A DNA stretch of 26,379 bases from positions 1-26,379 of the IMG/VR virus record IMGVR_UViG_3300020043_001914; one strand, given 5' to 3'. This document shows, piece after piece, positions 21,380 to 26,379 of this stretch (its first letter is position 1; every line of letters begins with the position of its first letter). The translations under genes were made by a program, and so were the position numbers. Source of the stretch: a virus (lineage: Duplodnaviria; Caudoviricetes). The notes beneath the pieces were generated by a model that was not told the origin of the DNA, ran no database searches, and was given only the letters and a program-made list of their open reading frames with translations.

Positions 21380-22073
21380 TGGCTCTCCATGTGTAGTCTT
21401 TGAACACTGTACCCTTTGATGCGTCACCTACCTTGCAAGCCTTGACCCATGCCAGCTTACCGTTGCGCAGTTTGCGGTAGTGCCCTCGACGGTCATGCAG
21501 TCGAGGTGATGCGTGTGTACCCCCCTTGGGTTCAGCCTTGGGCTTGGGTGGTTCGATGACTACGGTCGTCCACTCGTAGATCGGAGCTTTACCCTTGGCA
21601 ATACGCTTCTTGTTTACAAACTTCTGCTTATCGACCGGGGTGTAGCCGGGGATGGGTGCGGGGGAGTGGATTGAGAGAAGGTATGAGGAAAGGATGTTGA
21701 TGGATGTCTGCACCGTATCATGCGTTAGTTGTCTATCGTCCCCTTCGAACTTCTTGATTTGTAGTGTGCCGTCCGCATCCAAAGGCTCCTCAAGATCGTA
21801 GACAAATGCAGGTATTTGTCTTGCCTGTTTCCCCCTAAACACCCAACCCGTTATGCCCCGCGCGCCCAGCCGATCTTGCACAAACAACAACACCTTATCT
21901 CCATTGTCCAACTTCAACGCAACCGCGCATAACGGAAAAGGCATAGGTAGTGCTAACACATCAGCTCTTGGGAGCATGGTGGTCTGCTCCGCCACTTCCG
22001 TCGCATCAAACCACATGTAGTCCGTCGATGCCTCTGGGTTAATAGCTACCATCTCGCGGATCAGTGGGGTCAT
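21354..22073 (-). CDS. Conserved phage protein with C-terminal HASPRLHDRRGHYR basic motif, ~239 aa
   Basis: Likely start is ATG 22073 (MTPLIREM) behind GAGGA, with an ATGA overlap. The HxRRGHxR motif recurs in phage hypothetical proteins. Confidence 0.7.
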   Translation of the reverse strand: MTPLIREMVAINPEASTDYMWFDATEVAEQTTMLPRADVLALPMPFPLCAVALKLDNGDKVLLFVQDRLGARGITGWVFRGKQARQIPAFVYDLEEPLDADGTLQIKKFEGDDRQLTHDTVQTSINILSSYLLSIHSPAPIPGYTPVDKQKFVNKKRIAKGKAPIYEWTTVVIEPPKPKAEPKGGTHASPRLHDRRGHYRKLRNGKLAWVKACKVGDASKGTVFKDYTWRANDAAPQTR

Positions 22074-22246
22074 CTCTTCCTCCTCGCCACACAAAATTGG
22101 CAGATCCACCTGTACTTTGTCCGCACCCCGTTGACATCTGGTTGATCGGTCTGACAGGTCGTGCAAAACCTTTTCCCGCCCATCGCCTTGACCAACTTCT
22201 CAGTGAACTGTTTCCTCGCTTCGGTGCTTGTTACGTCAGTGCTCAC
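22070..22246 (-). CDS. Small zinc-ribbon protein, ~58 aa
   Basis: CTTC...CQFC with a basic tail. GTG start overlaps the upstream TGA; GGAGG RBS. Confidence 0.65.
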   Translation of the reverse strand: MSTDVTSTEARKQFTEKLVKAMGGKRFCTTCQTDQPDVNGVRTKYRWICQFCVARRKR

Positions 22247-22464
22247 GCATCCCTCCACGTTCCGTCCTTAAAGATAAACCTAACACCCAGCAGTTCCCCA
22301 GCCTCGTTGTAGTGCGCTGCCATGCACGGTGGGTCGTTGTACGCAGGGGCGAGGGGCTGCAGTCCCAGACTGCTCTTGTGCTGGTGGGGGAAGTAGTACA
22401 TGGTTGTGTGTGCTTTCTGAGGCACGTCAGGTGGAATGGTGAAGTCGTAGAGTTCTCTGTTCAT
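22243..22464 (-). CDS. Hypothetical protein, 73 aa
   Basis: AAGGAG RBS, ATGA coupling. Confidence 0.65.
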   Translation of the reverse strand: MNRELYDFTIPPDVPQKAHTTMYYFPHQHKSSLGLQPLAPAYNDPPCMAAHYNEAGELLGVRFIFKDGTWRDA

Positions 22465-22850
22465 GCGTTCTTCTCCTTCAGTGCAGCCTCGATCTCATCG
22501 AACAGCTTGCGGGTGTAACCTTTGATTGGCGTTGGTCCCCACGACCCCAGTGGTCCAAGGATTTTCTTTATCTCATCGTCCGTCAGGTTTTGCCACTGCT
22601 TACGACCTCCTCGATAATCTTCACTCTTTTCGCATTCGGCCAGTAGCCAGCGCATGCACTTGCCCTCCGGGCCGTTGTCCACGCAGTCGGGGTACCGGCA
22701 CGGCGCATCCGACCCCGCACACGCCTCGCGTTCGGCAGCGGCAACAAGGGCGGCGAAGTGGACAAGCTGCTCCACAGCGCCCTGTGGCGGCACAACCCAT
22801 GTGCAAAGCCCAGCTTCCCGCGCCATCCTGATGATGTCGTCTTGGGTCAT
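22461..22850 (-). CDS. Modular early protein (DDIIRMAREAG/AEREACA + Cys-rich + LTDDEI...AALKEKN), 129 aa
   Basis: GGAGG RBS, ATGA overlaps at both ends. Contains motifs recurrent in small phage proteins. Confidence 0.7.
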   Translation of the reverse strand: MTQDDIIRMAREAGLCTWVVPPQGAVEQLVHFAALVAAAEREACAGSDAPCRYPDCVDNGPEGKCMRWLLAECEKSEDYRGGRKQWQNLTDDEIKKILGPLGSWGPTPIKGYTRKLFDEIEAALKEKNA

Positions 22851-23155
22851 GCTTGCCCCTCCGCTTTAGCAATGGCAGCGCGACCCATGCGCTCCCCCTT
22901 ATCAAACATCTCGGTGATGCCAATGCCTGCTTGATAGTCCTGCATTGCACAGACACAGGTTTCGAGGGCCTCCAGCAGTTCCTGATTCACCGCTTCCAGC
23001 TTTTCAATCCGGCGCAATCTGTCTCCTGCCATCTTGTGTTGCCAATCGTGTGCCTCATACAAACGGCGCAGTTCGTCAGCGGCATCCAATTCACAACCAC
23101 CATGCCCGCCCTCAAACCATTCTGCAATCTGTAGTGCCTTGGGCTTTTCATTCAT
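22847..23155 (-). CDS. Modular early protein (AADELRRL...ELLEALE...RAAIAKAEG), ~102 aa
   Basis: Likely start is ATG 23155 (MNEKPKAL) behind AAGGAG, with an ATGA overlap. Confidence 0.7.
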   Translation of the reverse strand: MNEKPKALQIAEWFEGGHGGCELDAADELRRLYEAHDWQHKMAGDRLRRIEKLEAVNQELLEALETCVCAMQDYQAGIGITEMFDKGERMGRAAIAKAEGQA

Positions 23156-23445
23156 GCGTTCTTCTCCTTCAACGCAGCTTCGATAGCGCGGGCAAATGCG
23201 TGTTGCTGAGTAGATGCTGTGCGTTCTGCCTCGCAGGTCATGGACCATGACCACAGGTTTGTGATCTCCTCATCCGTCAGCCCGACCCACTCTCGGCTGT
23301 ACCTTCTCTTTGCTTTGAACAACTCTTTAGTCAGCCGCTCGATCTCGTCGCGCAGGATGTTTATCTCAAGGTCTGCAGCGGTCAGGTGCTGCTTAGGGAA
23401 CGGCCAATCTGCATGGGGTACGAACTCATCACTTTTATTACTCAT
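23152..23445 (-). CDS. Modular early protein (WPFP...EWVGLTDEEI...FARAIEAALKEKNA), 97 aa
   Basis: AGGAG RBS, ATGA overlaps. C-terminus is paralogous to that of 22461-22850. Confidence 0.7.
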   Translation of the reverse strand: MSNKSDEFVPHADWPFPKQHLTAADLEINILRDEIERLTKELFKAKRRYSREWVGLTDEEITNLWSWSMTCEAERTASTQQHAFARAIEAALKEKNA

Positions 23446-23651
23446 TGCTTTCTCCTGTACCAGTTAGTCAATCCGATACTAACGATCACAAGTCCTGTGA
23501 TCTGCGTAAGTGCTCTGCGTACTGCTGTTGGTGATGCGAGAAACCTATCTGACAGTGCTTTAACAGTGACCGGCTTCTTGTGCGTGTTTAGATACTTCTC
23601 GATCTTATCTCTTAGGGTTACCGCCGATTTGTCTGAGCCGTTGTCGCTCAT
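23442..23651 (-). CDS. Small winged-HTH-like protein, ~69 aa
   Basis: LRDKIEKYL...PVTVKALSDRFLASPTAVRRAL followed by a beta-hairpin-like end. Likely ATG 23651 behind GGAG. Confidence 0.55.
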   Translation of the reverse strand: MSDNGSDKSAVTLRDKIEKYLNTHKKPVTVKALSDRFLASPTAVRRALTQITGLVIVSIGLTNWYRRKQ

Positions 23652-23829
23652 CGTAGTCTCCCCTGCATTCCGCAGCACAGAACAGTCTATTGCCCGTGGC
23701 TTCGCCACAGTTCCAGCAATACCCAGTGGGAGCCAGCATCGCAGTGCCAGCCCGGTCCCGGATCGCTCGGATGTACGCAGCCAGCGTCACTTCCTCTTTT
23801 TCTCCTGCACTATCTGCGTCATCAGCCAT
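23605..23829 (-). CDS. TraR/DksA-like C4 zinc-finger protein, 74 aa
   Basis: N-terminal MADDADSA matches the TraR DxxDxA motif. CWNC...CAAEC. Confidence 0.65.
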   Translation of the reverse strand: MADDADSAGEKEEVTLAAYIRAIRDRAGTAMLAPTGYCWNCGEATGNRLFCAAECRGDYDERQRLRQIGGNPKR

Positions 23830-23831
23830 GG

Positions 23832-24059
23832 TTAGGCGTCTCTCTCAAACAAATCGTTAAGTGCATTTATATACACCTGCCGATCCTCCGCGCTGGTGGC
23901 GATACTTAGTCTATGTTTAGTAAGGCGGATCTCAGCGATGATGTACGTAGCATCTCCCAAAAGCTCTGTCATTCTATCGTTACCCATCGCCCTTGCAGCG
24001 TTACGTGCAGCCTCAACTGCGATTTCAATATCCATAAGTTCTTTATATGTGTATGGCAT
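23832..24059 (-). CDS. Hypothetical protein, ~75 aa
   Basis: Likely start is ATG 24059 (MPYTYKEL), 5 nt after the upstream stop. Confidence 0.6.
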   Translation of the reverse strand: MPYTYKELMDIEIAVEAARNAARAMGNDRMTELLGDATYIIAEIRLTKHRLSIATSAEDRQVYINALNDLFERDA

Positions 24060-24064
24060 GACGT

Positions 24065-24484
24065 TTACCCCCGAGTGAAGTACCACATGAACAGCAGCGT
24101 CAGCACCACGACAAGCGCCACCAGCCACAGATACAGATGGTTGTCGGGCTTTTCCTCAACCACTGCCTCGACGATCTCACTGGCTGCATGAGCCGCCACA
24201 GGCTGCGCGGGTTCTTCCTTAACTTCATGTAACCCCGCAATGCCCTGCGGTATGGGCACGAATGGGATCAGGGGCACTTCAAGCTTGACGATCTCCGGTG
24301 TCGGTGTGGGCTCAGGTGCTGGGTTTTTGCGACGGAGTTCTTCTTGCATCCGTGATTGGATGGTGTAGACGTAGCTCACGCTAGCGCCGGTTGCTTTCGC
24401 AACCTCGGAAGGGGATAGCCCGCGCTTCAATGCGCGTCTGATTCGGGTTGCTACGCTAAGTTTCTTGGGTCGGATTGCGGTCAT
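24065..24484 (-). CDS. HTH protein with C-terminal transmembrane helix, 139 aa
   Basis: GLSPSEVAKATGASVSYVYTI, Pro/Glu linker, LYLWLVALVVVLTLLFMWYF. AGGAG RBS. Confidence 0.7.
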   Translation of the reverse strand: MTAIRPKKLSVATRIRRALKRGLSPSEVAKATGASVSYVYTIQSRMQEELRRKNPAPEPTPTPEIVKLEVPLIPFVPIPQGIAGLHEVKEEPAQPVAAHAASEIVEAVVEEKPDNHLYLWLVALVVVLTLLFMWYFTRG

Positions 24485-24831
24485 GGTTTGCTCCTATCTA
24501 AGGTTGTGTTGCTATGTATGGGTTTGCCTGTGAAGTTAAGTATCTGCCTTGCGGGTGTCATGTTTACGAACTCTACGATGTTTCGATCCTTATCAATGAT
24601 GAACCATACGATGATGTTGGGTGGAGGGTACTTGATCGCATGGCAATACCCTCCGATCTTGGCTAGTGTGATGATGCGCTCAAGCCACTCAGGGCGTTCG
24701 CTGAGTGGTCCGCGTTCGCTGGGTATGGCTTCGATGTCACCGATGGGCCAGCCGTCCACCTTGAAGTAATCATCCCGTTCCTCATACCGAAGCTCATACG
24801 CGGACTTACCTACCACTGATTTATTCTTCAT
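24481..24831 (-). CDS. Hypothetical protein, 116 aa
   Basis: Overlaps both neighbours in an operon-like array. Confidence 0.6.
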   Translation of the reverse strand: MKNKSVVGKSAYELRYEERDDYFKVDGWPIGDIEAIPSERGPLSERPEWLERIITLAKIGGYCHAIKYPPPNIIVWFIIDKDRNIVEFVNMTPARQILNFTGKPIHSNTTLDRSKP

Positions 24832-25723
24832 CTGTGTCAGCCCAATCGAAGGAAGAAAGGATATCGTCTACTCTACGTTTCGTCTCTGCCCGTGTGTCAT
24901 CTTCCTCACGCAATTCCTTGGGTGAGACGCCAATCAGCGTATTTTCGAGACGTTTACGTGCAGTCTCAAGGGCAGGATCGTTAGCCACGTTGAGCGTAGT
25001 CAGCAGCCCGCACAGTTCCTCTGCGTTAGGGATGAGCGTGTCGTGGAAAATCTTCTTCTTGCCATCCTCCCCGATGGACAGCCGATCACTCATGTGAGAG
25101 AGCACACCATGAAGCCTAGCCCACGCATCTTGGTTAGCTTGCACCAGCATGGCTGCTGCCTTGGCTTCGTACTGATTGATAAGGTCTTGCTGTATCTCAC
25201 TCTCGATGTCGAGTCGGAAATCCCCTGCTACGGGCAGCGGTGCGAACGTAGACTCCATAGCGAACCGACTAGCCACTTGGTTGCGGCTCAGGTACTCCTT
25301 GCGGTCGAACAGTGTGCCAAGCTGGAACGCAGCCGCAGCCACGAGCGTGTCGTACTTATCCAAAAACGCATCGACAAGTCGAGCGAACTCAGTCTTATAC
25401 TTACCCATAGCATCTTGGTATCCGACAAGGTTGGCAGCAGGCAGCAGGCGGTCCCCGCTATCTGACCACGGGAGCGTAAGCCGGTAGTGTTCCTGCCGTG
25501 CCTTGGCTTGGAACTTGTTGATGTCGTCCAGTTCCTTGCACTCTGCGAACAGATTCTTGTATACGCTTGCAGCGCGCTTTGAACCTGCGCTCTTGGAGGA
25601 AGTAACTTCTTCTTGGGTGCGACGATCTTGCTTGCGCCCGGAGTAGGTGGAGATGTTGAGCGTAACAAGCAAAGCGGAACGAGCAACGCCAGCGATGGGG
25701 GATGAAGTAGTCGAAGTAGTCAT
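24821..25723 (-). CDS. Conserved phage protein, DUF3150-like, 300 aa
   Basis: ALLVTLNISTYSGRKQD...TLPWSDSGDRLLP...LNVANDPAL. AGGA RBS. Family assigned from memory of the pattern. Confidence 0.6.
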   Translation of the reverse strand: MTTSTTSSPIAGVARSALLVTLNISTYSGRKQDRRTQEEVTSSKSAGSKRAASVYKNLFAECKELDDINKFQAKARQEHYRLTLPWSDSGDRLLPAANLVGYQDAMGKYKTEFARLVDAFLDKYDTLVAAAAFQLGTLFDRKEYLSRNQVASRFAMESTFAPLPVAGDFRLDIESEIQQDLINQYEAKAAAMLVQANQDAWARLHGVLSHMSDRLSIGEDGKKKIFHDTLIPNAEELCGLLTTLNVANDPALETARKRLENTLIGVSPKELREEDDTRAETKRRVDDILSSFDWADTDEE

Positions 25724-25738
25724 AGTAGTCCTGTCCTT

Positions 25739-25752
25739 ATCTAATATTAGAT
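25739..25752. promoter_or_regulatory. Perfect 14-bp palindrome ATCTAATATTAGAT, candidate operator
   Basis: Intergenic, immediately upstream of the RBS region of 24821-25723. Confidence 0.45.
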
Positions 25753-25785
25753 GGTTGGTTGTGTAAGTCGTTGGTTAGTTGTTTG

Positions 25786-26040
25786 CTATTGGTTAGCTTC
25801 ATGCTGCTCGGTGATGAACTTCAATGCGTCGTACTCCTCGTCAGTGATGACAGATACCCTCACCATATCTTTCGTATTCAGAGGGCGCAGCAGATCGATG
25901 TAGCAGGCAGGGTTGCCGTTCTTGGCAGACACGTAGCGGTTCTCCAGCGTCTGGTTCCCGCTGATGGTGTTAACAATAGTCTCCAGTTGTTTAGCAGTTA
26001 CGAACACTTTGGTACCTGCCATCTCGATAAGTAGTTTCAT
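25786..26040 (-). CDS. Hypothetical protein, 84 aa
   Basis: AAGGA RBS, ATGA overlap with the upstream gene. Confidence 0.65.
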   Translation of the reverse strand: MKLLIEMAGTKVFVTAKQLETIVNTISGNQTLENRYVSAKNGNPACYIDLLRPLNTKDMVRVSVITDEEYDALKFITEQHEANQ

Positions 26041-26378
26041 GTGAGTTCCTTGTTGAGTGCAATGATTGTGGGGAGTAGTAGGACTGCTGCAGGGTTACCG
26101 GATGTTGCTATCAGGCGTACTGCGTCAGGTGGTAAATCAAGTAGATAAGCACAGTCATCCCATGCGGATAAAGCCGCCACAGCGGGTCCAGCAGCGTCCC
26201 AACCAGCGGACGGAGCAGCGCCCCGAGCAGCGGAGAGAGCCTCGTACCAAGCATTGCCACGAGCAGCTTCCATAGCAGCGCCCCGAGCAGCTTCCATAGC
26301 ATCGTCCCGAGCAACATACCAAGCCGCTCCCAGAGCAGCGTCCTTTTGAGTAACCCACCTTCGCGGGTCCGCTTTAAG
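26037..26378 (-). CDS. Ala/Trp-rich (AAWxAAR-type) repeat protein, 5'-truncated by the window edge
   Basis: The frame is open to the window end (LKADPRRWVTQKDAALGAAWYVARDDAMEAARGAAMEAARGNAW...). Four-residue periodicity, then ALSAWDDCAYLLD...AVLLLP. Confidence 0.7.
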   Translation of the reverse strand, partial: LKADPRRWVTQKDAALGAAWYVARDDAMEAARGAAMEAARGNAWYEALSAARGAAPSAGWDAAGPAVAALSAWDDCAYLLDLPPDAVRLIATSGNPAAVLLLPTIIALNKELT

Positions 26379-26379
26379 C

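Noticed and set aside
20809-23184. Diversity-generating retroelement template/variable repeat pairs
   Set aside because: The repeats are short, differences are not confined to adenines, and no reverse transcriptase is present in the window.
9887-26275. Numerous short + strand ORFs opposite the replication and early genes
   Set aside because: They lie antisense to a contiguous, translationally coupled - strand gene array and show no motifs.

Overview
Internal 26.4-kb segment of a dsDNA tailed-phage genome with a podovirus-like layout; a proteobacterial host is plausible but is inference. Two convergent arms meet at overlapping stop codons at 9661-9664. The + strand arm (<3-9664) encodes putative internal-virion/DNA-ejection proteins. 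Its last gene is a ~2200-aa polyvalent protein (HExxH metallopeptidase motif, LPD38-like C-terminus) split by a single 14-bp unit in a 15-bp tandem repeat. The - strand arm encodes a replication module (primase-DUF927/helicase, HTH, SSB-like protein, SNF2 helicase, HNH, Cas4-like PD-(D/E)XK nuclease, Leu762-type family A DNA polymerase, VRR-NUC, DUF3310, ThyX), preceded in transcription order by many small, translationally coupled early genes. The strongest unexplained signals are: (1) two ~100-nt structured leaders with loop-loop complementarity in front of the two helicase genes; (2) the repeat-borne frameshift followed by four in-frame X_XXY_YYZ heptamers; (3) reused C-terminal/RBS cassettes among the small early genes. 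No tRNA, rRNA, CRISPR array, integrase or transposase was seen. All family assignments come from motif recognition by eye, not from database searches.
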